Assembly (NCBI GenBank): GCA_963793265.1
Contig: CAWBZI010000006.1
Span: forward strand, 928,001-992,000
DNA from: an uncultured cyanobacterium
GTDB lineage: Bacteria; Cyanobacteriota; Cyanobacteriia; Phormidesmidales; Phormidesmidaceae
Reading direction: 5' to 3'
Length of the DNA stretch: 64,000 nucleotides
Below the pieces are notes generated by a model. The model searched no databases, was not told the origin of the DNA, and was given only the letters and a program-made list of their open reading frames with translations. Made by a program: the position numbers and the translations under genes. Of the stretch, positions 10,168-18,944 are shown piece by piece. How positions within the stretch are numbered: the first letter of the stretch is position 1; the number at the start of each line of letters is the position of its first letter.

Positions 10168-10800
10168 CTACAACAACTTGATGTTAGAAAATGAAATTTC
10201 CGTTGCTGGCTCGTCGGCTGAGGTGATCGTACGCTTTGACAAAACGGTGTAGTCACCGACCTGAGTGTAGTCGTCTGTAAACTCGCTGCGGCCCTGCTTA
10301 AGTTCACCCGTCTTAGGATCGTGATAGACAGAATCGTATGTTTGTGACAGGTAGCCGCTGCCCGTGTCGTACGAGCTAGACGTGTTGATAGTTACAACAA
10401 CGCCGTGGATGTGACGGTGAACCATCGTAAATTCGTCGTTTTTCACTTTGTAGGCGTCGCCCTCTGCTTTACCACCCACTGCGATTTTGACTGCGCCATC
10501 ATCATCTGTGCCCTCTACTTTGAAAGTATTGGCTCCATGCGTTTTTTCAAACGGACGGCTAACGCGGTGAATCGCCACTTCCCAAAGCTGACCCTTGACG
10601 ATCTTGTGAGCGTCTTCGTCCTCTATCCCAAACACTTCTGCCGATAAATCAGGATTCACTTTCGCGGTTCCTTCAAAGGTTTTATCACCTAGCTTGAGCG
10701 TTACGTCAGTCGTGTAGCCTGGAAAGTTCTTATCCCAGGTATAGCGATTTTCGTAAGCAGATTGAACGAGTTCGCGAGCAGAAACCTGTAGGGCAGTCAT
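10168..10800 (-). CDS. DUF3386-family protein
   Basis: AYENRYTWD.NFPGY, EVAIHRV.R.FE.THG.N, VHRHIHG motifs. Confidence 0.82.
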   Translation of the reverse strand: MTALQVSARELVQSAYENRYTWDKNFPGYTTDVTLKLGDKTFEGTAKVNPDLSAEVFGIEDEDAHKIVKGQLWEVAIHRVSRPFEKTHGANTFKVEGTDDDGAVKIAVGGKAEGDAYKVKNDEFTMVHRHIHGVVVTINTSSSYDTGSGYLSQTYDSVYHDPKTGELKQGRSEFTDDYTQVGDYTVLSKRTITSADEPATEISFSNIKLL

Positions 10801-10892
10801 AGCGATTTGTCGGTTAAAGGGACAGAGTTAAAGTTGATATAGAACAGATCCTAACGCAACCTTAGGCAGGCATGAGCGCGAAAATACATCGG

Positions 10893-11072
10893 CTAGCCTA
10901 GCTGCGCGGTTTCGATCTGGGCAACGTTTACTTTCCACTGCACGCATTTGCCCCAGGTCTGCTGTCGAATCCAGCAGAAGGTTCCTAAGTAGCGCTCTAG
11001 TACGAAATCTGGCAAGTCGCTGGGCTGGTCTTTAAGTCTGACAAAGTTTCCGGGACTTAGATGCTGGTTCAT
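10893..11072 (-). CDS. Small conserved cyanobacterial protein, 59 aa (not in ORF track)
   Basis: Hand translation: MNQHLSPGNFVRLKDQPSDLPDFVLERYLGTFCWIRQQTWGKCVQWKVNVAQIETAQLG*; ATG at 11072, TAG at 10895-10893; resembles a cyanobacterial family I recall (PG..V.L..QP.DLP.F....CW.RQQ.WG). Confidence 0.75.
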   Translation of the reverse strand: MNQHLSPGNFVRLKDQPSDLPDFVLERYLGTFCWIRQQTWGKCVQWKVNVAQIETAQLG

Positions 11073-11357
11073 AAGTACCTGATGGGGGCTAGTTATTGAT
11101 ATGCTACCTGAGATTAGTTCATTAGTACTATACAGAAAACAGGTTCTTATAGTTATGAGAGTCTTCTATATAGCTTTGAAGCATTCTTAATATTTATTCG
11201 TATGAAATAAATATCCTATGGGGGAGCGCGATCGCACCATCTATCTTGTTATAGAGATTGTCGCAGGCAACAGACCTAGAAATAGATAGAGGCGCACAGC
11301 ACTACAGAGTCTTTACGTTGTTATAGGTAAATAACTTGATAGAGAGCGATCGCAACT

Positions 11358-11840
11358 ATGGCTAGCAAGCAAAAGTTTCACAAAGGCGACAAGGTGCAGT
11401 GGTCTTCGGGCCAGGGCACTTCTACAGGCACCGTGCAGAAGATGATTACCTCTGATGAAACCGTAGAGGGAACGCATGTTTCGGCTTCAAAGTCTGAGCC
11501 GCGCTACTTAGTCAAAAACGACAGCACAGAGAAAGTGACAGGCCACAGCGTAGAGGCGCTTTCAAAAGCCACTGGTGAGTCTAGTCAATCGAAAAACAGT
11601 CAGTCGAACAGTAGTGGGTCGAAAAGCAGCGGGTCGAAAAGCTTGGAGGAAGGTGATCGCGTACAGTGGAATACGGCCCAAGGCAAAACCACAGGCGTTG
11701 TCAAAAAGAAGCTCAGGACGACAACCGATATCAAAGGCTATACTGCCGAAGCCACTGAGGATGAGCCTCAATATTTAGTTGAAAGCGAGAGTACAGGCAG
11801 CGAAGCCGCTCACAAGCCGGATGCTTTAGAGAAAATTTAG
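11358..11840 (+). CDS. Tandem DUF2945 (Tudor-like) domain protein
   Basis: Two copies of GD.V.W....G...G.V.K...A....P.YLV....T....H...AL joined by a Ser-rich linker. Confidence 0.82.
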   Translation: MASKQKFHKGDKVQWSSGQGTSTGTVQKMITSDETVEGTHVSASKSEPRYLVKNDSTEKVTGHSVEALSKATGESSQSKNSQSNSSGSKSSGSKSLEEGDRVQWNTAQGKTTGVVKKKLRTTTDIKGYTAEATEDEPQYLVESESTGSEAAHKPDALEKI

Positions 11841-11895
11841 AAGAAAGAGATAGACGACAGAGCGGATAGAAAGGGAGTTCTAGCAGTTGAGGTGT

Positions 11896-12822
11896 CTAGC
11901 GTTCGCCAGGAATTTTAGGCAGCACTAGCACGCGTTCAGAGACAGCAGTTTGCGGATAGCGGCGATCGCTACACGCTTGATGCCCTGGCCACAGAGATGA
12001 CCGTGAGGGCGATCGCTGCGTGTCAATTTTATGGTCAAACTTACTGTTTTTGGGCTTGTCTTCGTTTGAGGCGGTGCGATCGCTAGACGCTTGTGAAGAG
12101 CAAAGGTGCTTTGCAGACGGCATATCTTCTGAGGAATCTTCTTCAGATCTCAGCGCAGAAGCCGTCAGCTTAGTCGTATAAAACATCACGCCTAACGTCG
12201 TAGCCAAACCTATCGCCTGAAACACAAGATTCTCTGCCTGCTGGCTAGAAGACAGAATGCTTGCCCCGAACTTACCCACATACACATAGGTGAAGATAAC
12301 CGGCAGCATTCCCATCCAAGAGAAAAACAGGTACTCCCAAAAGTTAATGCGCGTGATGCTAAAGCCGTAGTTCAGCAGGCTAGACGGCAGCACAGGCGAA
12401 AGTCGCGTGAGCAAAACGATCTTCCAACCCTTTTTGGCAAACGCTTTGTCTAACTTATGAAAGCGACTGTTTTCACCGACAAAGCAGGTAATCCAACGAC
12501 GGCCCATGTTTTGCCCAATTGCAAAGCAGGCGGCGATGCTAATCACATCAGCCACCGAGGCAATGACAACGCCTTTGGTAAGGCCAAACAATGTGCCCGC
12601 AGCTAAGATCAAAACGATATTGGGCAAGCCAAAGACAGCGGCTAGTACATAGATGCCGATAAAAGCTGGGATTGCCCATACGCCCTGGCCTGCAATCCAG
12701 GTGTGCGCAGCCGATAGCCAAGCGCCAATCGGTAGGTGGCTGATAACGACAATGAGGCAAGTTGCGATCGCCAGCCCTGTCCATACCCTTTTTTTCTTCA
12801 GCAAGGCCAAAGTTTTCTTCAT
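11896..12822 (-). CDS. TVP38/TMEM64 (DedA superfamily) membrane protein
   Basis: AGTLFG...G, GWKIVLLTRLSPVLP..LLNY, GMLP motifs; ATG 12822 chosen; long polar C-terminal tail. Confidence 0.85.
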   Translation of the reverse strand: MKKTLALLKKKRVWTGLAIATCLIVVISHLPIGAWLSAAHTWIAGQGVWAIPAFIGIYVLAAVFGLPNIVLILAAGTLFGLTKGVVIASVADVISIAACFAIGQNMGRRWITCFVGENSRFHKLDKAFAKKGWKIVLLTRLSPVLPSSLLNYGFSITRINFWEYLFFSWMGMLPVIFTYVYVGKFGASILSSSQQAENLVFQAIGLATTLGVMFYTTKLTASALRSEEDSSEDMPSAKHLCSSQASSDRTASNEDKPKNSKFDHKIDTQRSPSRSSLWPGHQACSDRRYPQTAVSERVLVLPKIPGER

Positions 12823-12951
12823 TACGTACTGGCATCCCCAAATGTTTAACCTCAAGCGCTACACACCCTTCAGTAGCTTTCGCCAATCGTAGGCGAACTT
12901 GTCTCCTTTGCTACAGACGGTAGGCAGATATGTAATGTGCCACTCTATACC

Positions 12952-13695
12952 TTAATGGCTAGGCGCATCGTCACCCCACACCTGGGCCAAACGCTGATCG
13001 CGCCCGCAGCCATTGCGATAAAACTTGTAGCGAACAGGCCGCGTTTTGTAATAGTCCTGATGATAGTCTTCAGCGTCGTAGAAAGTCGCCGCTGGCAAAA
13101 TATCTGTGGCAACTGGCTGATTAGACTGTTCGGATAGCTCAGATGCAATCTCTTCTTTAGACGATTCTGCTAGTGCCGCTTGCTCAGGTGTCTCATAGAA
13201 AATAGCCGAGCGATACTGGGAGCCCTTATCGCAAAACTGTCCTCTGTTATCGAGCGGATCGACGTTGTGCCAAAAGGTATCTAGCAGAGCTTCATAGCTT
13301 ACCTGCTCTGGGTCGTAGCGAACTTCTACAGCTTCCACATGGCCCGTACCGCCGCTAGAAACTTCGGAATAGGTAGGGTCTTCTGTGGTGCCGCCCGTGT
13401 AGCCTGATGTGGTTGAAGCCACACCCGGTAGCTCGTCGAAGGGCTGCTCCATGCACCAAAAGCAACCGCCTGCAAAAACAGCGGTAGAGAGATCCTCATT
13501 GGCTCTAGCTTGAGCAGTTGTGAGCGCCGAAACTTCAGCGCTTGCCTGCGTGTCGTTGCCCAAAGCTGGAGAGCTAGCCGAAGAGTCAACCGTCGCAGAA
13601 CAGCCCGCCGTGCCCCATAGCAAAACGAATACACCGAACCCAGTTAATACCTTTTTGAATAGTGATTTTTTGAAGAGCTTTTTGCCTGCTGCCAT
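12952..13695 (-). CDS. msrA: Peptide methionine sulfoxide reductase A with lipoprotein-type signal peptide
   Basis: FAGGCFWC, GYTGG, GQFCDKGSQYRS, AEDYHQDYY, CGRD; basic N-terminus, hydrophobic stretch and TAGC lipobox-like site. Confidence 0.92.
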   Translation of the reverse strand: MAAGKKLFKKSLFKKVLTGFGVFVLLWGTAGCSATVDSSASSPALGNDTQASAEVSALTTAQARANEDLSTAVFAGGCFWCMEQPFDELPGVASTTSGYTGGTTEDPTYSEVSSGGTGHVEAVEVRYDPEQVSYEALLDTFWHNVDPLDNRGQFCDKGSQYRSAIFYETPEQAALAESSKEEIASELSEQSNQPVATDILPAATFYDAEDYHQDYYKTRPVRYKFYRNGCGRDQRLAQVWGDDAPSH

Positions 13696-13813
13696 ATCTA
13701 GAGCGCGCCTATTTAGAAACTGTATTCAATGTTGCTGTGCCTCTATTATCGTATATTCTCTCGCTATCGTATATTTTTATTAACCGCCGTCTCACAAAAC
13801 ACCCAGACCTCAT

Positions 13814-15235
13814 ATGAGCGAGCAACTACCCTCACCGCCTGGCAGCTTAGGATTACCCTGGATAGGCGAAACCCTGGGTTTCCTGCGCGACCCTGACTTC
13901 GCGACCAAACGCCAGCAGCAGTACGGCAGCTTATTTAAGTCACGCATTCTCGGCCAAACCACCGTGTTCTTTTGCGGCCCAGAAGCCAATGCCTTTTTGC
14001 TCGCTAGCCACGCTGATTGTTTCTCCTGGCGCGGTGGCTGGCCCAATAGCTTTAAAGAGCTACTGGGCGAATCGCTATTTTTGCAAGAGGGTGCAGAACA
14101 TCGGCGCAACCGCAGGCTACTCATGCCTGCTTTTCACGGCAAAGCGTTAGCAGGCTATTTCGATACGATGGTGGCACTCTCTGATACCTATCTCACGCGC
14201 TGGGAAGAGAAGGAGAATCTTATTTGGTTCAATGAGCTGAAGAAGTTCACGTTTGAAGTTGCCAGCGTTTTGCTAGTGGGCACAGCGCCCAGCTCTGCGA
14301 ATGAAGCCGTCGATAAGGCCAACGAGAACAATACGATAGAGCAGCTATCAAGCTGGTTTGCAGATTTGACGGGCGGATTGTTTACACTGCCGGTGAAGTG
14401 GGGGCCGACGCCCTATCGCAAAGCGCTGGATGGACGCGATCGCCTACTTGCCTACATCGAACAAGAAATCGCCAGCCGTCGCGAGCTAATCGCCAGCCTT
14501 CAGTCAGCCGAAGACGCAGCCTTACCTACCGACGTACTAACGCTGCTGCTACAAACTGAAGACGAAGACGGCAACCGCCTCAGCGAATCAGAAATTAAAG
14601 TGCAAACGCTGCTGATGCTGTTCGCGGGCCACGAAACCACGACCTCTATGCTGACATCGCTAATGATGGCGCTAGCGCAAAACCCTGACGTACTAGAACG
14701 AGCAAGAGCCGAGCAAAGGCAGGTGAGTGGTAATGTCAGCGGCGATATGAAGGCGGCATCGCTCACGCTAGAGCAGGTGCAAAATATGCCGTATTTAGAC
14801 CAAATACTCAAAGAAGTTGAGCGCAAGTATCCGCCCATCGGTGGCGGCTTTCGCAAGGTGATCAAGCCTTTTGACTTTAATGGCTATCACGTTCCGGCTG
14901 GCTGGCTAGCGCTCTATCGCATTGAAGCGGCCCATAAGGACGAACGCTGCTACACAAATCCTGATGCGTTCGATCCTGATAGGTTTAGTCCTAAGCGGGC
15001 TGAGCAAAAGCGATTTGACTATAGCCTGGTGGGCTTTGGCGGCGGGCCGCGCATTTGCTTGGGCATGGCTTTTGCCAAGCTAGAAATGAAAATTTTGGCC
15101 GCCCAGCTCCTTCGTCGCTATCAGTGGCAGCTAGATCCTGGCCAGGATTTGACCTTGAGCGTAGTGCCTTCGCTGCATCCTAATGACGGTTTAAAAGTCA
15201 CGCTACAGCCGCTACCTTCCGCTGTAGTGGCCTAG
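13814..15235 (+). CDS. Cytochrome P450 (CYP120-like)
   Basis: PPGSLGLPWIGET, FAGHETT I-helix, KEVER (ExxR), FDPDRF, FGGGPRICLG heme ligand. Confidence 0.92.
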   Translation: MSEQLPSPPGSLGLPWIGETLGFLRDPDFATKRQQQYGSLFKSRILGQTTVFFCGPEANAFLLASHADCFSWRGGWPNSFKELLGESLFLQEGAEHRRNRRLLMPAFHGKALAGYFDTMVALSDTYLTRWEEKENLIWFNELKKFTFEVASVLLVGTAPSSANEAVDKANENNTIEQLSSWFADLTGGLFTLPVKWGPTPYRKALDGRDRLLAYIEQEIASRRELIASLQSAEDAALPTDVLTLLLQTEDEDGNRLSESEIKVQTLLMLFAGHETTTSMLTSLMMALAQNPDVLERARAEQRQVSGNVSGDMKAASLTLEQVQNMPYLDQILKEVERKYPPIGGGFRKVIKPFDFNGYHVPAGWLALYRIEAAHKDERCYTNPDAFDPDRFSPKRAEQKRFDYSLVGFGGGPRICLGMAFAKLEMKILAAQLLRRYQWQLDPGQDLTLSVVPSLHPNDGLKVTLQPLPSAVVA

Positions 15236-15296
15236 CAATAACCGCATCAATGGCAAGGCGGCCTGTGTCTATATTGAGTCCTAATCAAAGCGAATT

Positions 15297-15893
15297 CTAC
15301 TGAACTGAAAGCGTAGGCCAGTTAGTGTCTGCTTTGGCAATGTTGCCAGGAATATCCTTCTGCCACCGGGTCTGAATCTTTTTATTCAGGTTGAGATATA
15401 GCTTGCCATCGACAACCGCCCAGGCCCTCGGATCAATCGCGGCGATCGCGTTTTGAGCCACCGCCCAAGCGCAGTGACCACCATACTGCGGCGCATACTG
15501 CTCAGGATTCGCGGCAAAGGCGTCCCGGTTCTGGGCGCTGGCAAACTGCCAGGTAGCACCGTTCCAGTCGTAGGTGTAGTCAGCACTGCCCGCGACAAAA
15601 TCACCTTCGCTGGCCGAGGAAAAGTAAGCGACTGGATCGGCACCACCAATGGCTATACCGTCTTCTGCGTAGATTTTGGTTGCAGCTTGAGCCTCTGTAG
15701 CAGCCGCGCCTTCTACGGATGTGCTTTTAGCAACATTCTCAGCCACCGTTTCATCCGTATTTTCACTAATAGAACTGCTAGTGGTTTCGCTAGGTGCGCA
15801 AGCGCCCAAGGCCAAAGCTAATCCGAGAGTTCCCGCTAGTACGGTGGTAGAAAAACGGAGGGGTGACGAAATTAGTCGCTGCCGAGTATGCAT
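15297..15893 (-). CDS. YHS-domain lipoprotein
   Basis: LGAC lipobox; AIGGADPVAYF, WQFAS..NRD.F..NP..YAPQYGGHCAW, DP..W.VVDGKLYLN; ATG 15893 preferred over 15935 because of the promoter position. Confidence 0.82.
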   Translation of the reverse strand: MHTRQRLISSPLRFSTTVLAGTLGLALALGACAPSETTSSSISENTDETVAENVAKSTSVEGAAATEAQAATKIYAEDGIAIGGADPVAYFSSASEGDFVAGSADYTYDWNGATWQFASAQNRDAFAANPEQYAPQYGGHCAWAVAQNAIAAIDPRAWAVVDGKLYLNLNKKIQTRWQKDIPGNIAKADTNWPTLSVQ

Positions 15894-15933
15894 TTTAGTA
15901 AATCTCGTGGGTAGTTTTAAAGGTTGTGTAAAC

Positions 15934-15967
15934 ACATTAGGCGAATCTTATGAAGCCCAGATGAGAG
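15934..15967 (-). promoter_or_regulatory. Putative OmpR-family direct-repeat box and -10 element of the YHS gene
   Basis: Minus strand CTCTCAT-CTGGGC-TTCATA (CTCAT/TTCAT repeats 11 bp apart, 15967-15949) followed by TAATGT (15939-15934). Confidence 0.45.
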
Positions 15968-16240
15968 CCTTCTATGAATCGGCTGAAACTCGTGGTTAGC
16001 GCCCTGCAAAAACCTCAAATAGCCGACTGGGTTGAGATGTGACAAATCAAAAGTAGTCACATAAACGATACCTGTTGGGTAAGAAAACCCGCTCAATGGG
16101 GTCAGTTCTCCCAGGCTCCGTAAAGCTGTAGAGCACCTGCTATAGTCCTTTTGACCTCTTTGCTAGGGCCTCACACACCCGCTACGCAAGCTCGCCTCAG
16201 AGCTGCCCTTGTTCGCTGCACCTGCTCAACTGCCGAAGAT

Positions 16241-18022
16241 ATGAAATCCGTAATTCGCCGACTCACCACACTTACCGCGCTCACCGCTACCGTTTTAGGC
16301 GCTAGCGCTCTCGCCTCTGCCAGTGCGATCGCCCAAAACTACGGCGAAGAATCGATTGACGCTGATAGAACAGTCGCGATCGCTGAGCCTGTCGCCAACG
16401 GTCGTTTCTATCGCCTGTTGATTCTAGAGCAGCTATCAGATCAGCAAGACTGCTTTGCCGAAGAGCCCGGTAGCCCCACGGTTGTAGAACCGCTACTGCT
16501 AAACTTCGACTTTTCAGGCATTTGCGGGCGGCGCTCTGATAGCAACGGCTACTCGGTGCGCATTGGCAACGAAGATCTTAGCCGCCGCTATCGATTGCAG
16601 GTGACGCGCCGAGGTGAAAGTCTCGTATTAGTGGCCTTACCAGGAGCCCTGCCAGGCAGAGGCGGCGACCTGCCTGTTCTAGAGATTGGCCGCAGTAATG
16701 GCGTCGCTAATGACTTTGTAAAAATTGAGCTAGACCCCGGTTGGGAAATGACCCGCCGGACGCTAAACGGTAGCGCTCAGGGCCATGTTTACCTTTCTAA
16801 TGACGACAGCCTAGAAACCGTAATTGCCCAAGCAGGTGGCCCCAGACCCACAGCCGCCGCACCGACACCCGCATCGCCTGCGCCGTCATCTCCTCCGCTG
16901 TTAGGCGGCAGTAGTTTGCCCTCGCCTACCGCAGCACCGAGGCCCAGTAGCCCAAGCCCCGGTGGCAATGAGGGCACCTACTATCAAGTCATCGTACCGA
17001 GCGCTTCACCGATCATTCGCGCCCGCGTCCGTCAGGTTGCACCCGATGCTTTTAACGCAACTGTTGACGGCCAAAGAGTAATCCAAGCAGGGCTGTTTCA
17101 AGAGCGCAATCGAGCTGAGCAGCTTACCAGCCAGCTTTCTAGTCGCGGCATCGAGTCTCAAACTATAGAAGGACAAAGAAGCGCCCCGCCACCAAGACCT
17201 ACGGCCCAAAACGAAACGTTTTATCAGGTGATCGTGCCTGAGAATGGTTCTAATACGCGCGATCGCGTTAACCGAGTTGAATCCGGCGCTTTCCGCACCC
17301 GCGTTAACGGTCGCTCTGTCGTTCAAGCGGGTCGTTTCCGGGAGCAAAATCGAGCTAACCAGCTCCGTGACAGGCTCGTCTCTGCTGGCCTCCCGGCTCA
17401 AATTATCGAGGGTTCAGCGCCGCCGATTGCCACCGCACCGCGTCCTTCGACAGGTACACCGTCCATCCCGCGGGCGCGTCAGGGCCAGCTTACCGTGGTG
17501 ATCGATCCAGGGCATGGCGGCAGAGATCCCGGCGCTGTTGGTATCGGGGGGCTTAGAGAGAAAGACATCAATATTACAGTGGCGCGTCGAATGCAGCGAT
17601 CGCTCCAAGAAAAAGGCATCAACGCGGTACTCACTCGCTCAGACGATCGCGAAATCGATCTTGATCCGCGCGTTGATTTTGCTGAGAGAGCCAATGCCGA
17701 TGTTTTTGTGAGCATTCACTCCAATGCCATTAGCCTCAGCCGCCCGGATGTGAACGGCCTAGAAACTTACTATTACTCCTCAGGCTTTCGCCTAGCGCAG
17801 ACTATTCACAACAGCGTTTTGCAACGGACTAGCTTGCGCGATCGCGGCGTTCGTCGGGCGCGTTTTTACGTTTTAGTCAACACCTCCATGCCTGCGGTCT
17901 TAGTCGAAACTGGCTTCGTCACCGGGCGCGAAGATGCCGCTAGATTTAGAGATCCTGCGGCTGTTAATGAGATTGCTGACGGCATTACGGCTGGCGTTCT
18001 TCAGTATCTGAACGTTCAATAG
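16241..18022 (+). CDS. N-acetylmuramoyl-L-alanine amidase with DUF3747, Pro-rich linkers and two SPOR-like repeats
   Basis: Signal peptide from ATG 16241; LLILEQ...C...V.PLLLNFDFSGIC.R..DSNGYS (DUF3747); Amidase_3 motifs VIDPGHGG, EK, FVSIHSN, PAVLVETGF. Confidence 0.88.
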   Translation: MKSVIRRLTTLTALTATVLGASALASASAIAQNYGEESIDADRTVAIAEPVANGRFYRLLILEQLSDQQDCFAEEPGSPTVVEPLLLNFDFSGICGRRSDSNGYSVRIGNEDLSRRYRLQVTRRGESLVLVALPGALPGRGGDLPVLEIGRSNGVANDFVKIELDPGWEMTRRTLNGSAQGHVYLSNDDSLETVIAQAGGPRPTAAAPTPASPAPSSPPLLGGSSLPSPTAAPRPSSPSPGGNEGTYYQVIVPSASPIIRARVRQVAPDAFNATVDGQRVIQAGLFQERNRAEQLTSQLSSRGIESQTIEGQRSAPPPRPTAQNETFYQVIVPENGSNTRDRVNRVESGAFRTRVNGRSVVQAGRFREQNRANQLRDRLVSAGLPAQIIEGSAPPIATAPRPSTGTPSIPRARQGQLTVVIDPGHGGRDPGAVGIGGLREKDINITVARRMQRSLQEKGINAVLTRSDDREIDLDPRVDFAERANADVFVSIHSNAISLSRPDVNGLETYYYSSGFRLAQTIHNSVLQRTSLRDRGVRRARFYVLVNTSMPAVLVETGFVTGREDAARFRDPAAVNEIADGITAGVLQYLNVQ

Positions 18023-18052
18023 CAATGCGTATCTACTGATATATCTATTGAT

Positions 18053-18083
18053 AAAAGAGGCCACTGCACAGGTGGTCTTTTTT
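18053..18083 (+). terminator. Intrinsic terminator after the amidase gene
   Basis: AAAAGAGGCCAC-tgcacag-GTGGTCTTTTTT. Confidence 0.7.
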
Positions 18084-18272
18084 GCATTTGCCAGTAGCAA
18101 AAACGGTAAATGTCTTTCGAGGTGAGCAATGTAGCTATTGCAATAGATGACTTTTCAAACGCAAAAAGCCTGGTAATCTCGCACTTTTCTTACAGCATGT
18201 AGGCAGAGCATACAGTTACTCTTTATAAGTATCAACTGCTCTACATCAACTGTTTAGGCTTTTACAAAGTTC

Positions 18273-18869
18273 ATGGCAAAAGTTTCTTCGCTATCGGCAA
18301 CCCCCATAGAAGCATTAGCGGACACGGCAGTCACCGCTTGGCTAGAAACGCTGCTTCAGCACTTTAGTATCAGCGAACTTGGCGCTAACTCAGATCGAGA
18401 TCTGGCGGATCTTATTGAGCAATATGGCGTGGCGTGCGCTGCAAGCGGCGATGGCGACTGTGCCGCTAAGCTTCGGGGCTTGTCGGGTTCGAGCGGATTG
18501 TTGCTGAGCGAACTCAAGCGTAGAATCGTGCGCTTAGCAGGCGCTCACTTAGATAGTGCATTCGTAGATATGGCTCCTGAGGTAATCGACGCAGAAGACG
18601 CAGAAGCGATTCTTTTGGCCGTTGCCGGACGGCAGTTAAAGGGGGTGCGCTATCAGGGTGAAATCTATCGCTTAACTGAGAGCTTTAAGCCAGCTCATCG
18701 GCTTCAGGCGTTTTGCTTGGGCCAAACGCTCAGCGAGCAATCCATTCCCTATATCATCACGCAGAGCGCAACGTCTTTTACAGTTTGGGTGAACATCAGG
18801 GCACTACCGCCGGGTGGCTATCGTCGTCATTTGGTTTCTAACGCTAGTCCAATCAATTTTGGTCAATAA
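18273..18869 (+). CDS. Hypothetical protein, first gene of the STAND ATPase cluster
   Basis: 198 aa ORF, co-directional and 75 nt upstream of the first AAA_35 gene; C-terminal part G.RYQGE.Y.L..F....RLQAF...IIT.S...F.VWV..R looks like a folded domain of unknown function. Confidence 0.7.
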   Translation: MAKVSSLSATPIEALADTAVTAWLETLLQHFSISELGANSDRDLADLIEQYGVACAASGDGDCAAKLRGLSGSSGLLLSELKRRIVRLAGAHLDSAFVDMAPEVIDAEDAEAILLAVAGRQLKGVRYQGEIYRLTESFKPAHRLQAFCLGQTLSEQSIPYIITQSATSFTVWVNIRALPPGGYRRHLVSNASPINFGQ

Positions 18870-18944
18870 GGCGGTTTTTGCTGAGAATCTCGGTATTATT
18901 GAGTAACCATGACGTTGCTATTGCCTGGTTTCTTGGCTTAATCC

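Noticed and set aside
16038..16062. CRP site (TGTGA...TCACA) upstream of the amidase gene
   Set aside because: Spacer is 14 nt instead of 6
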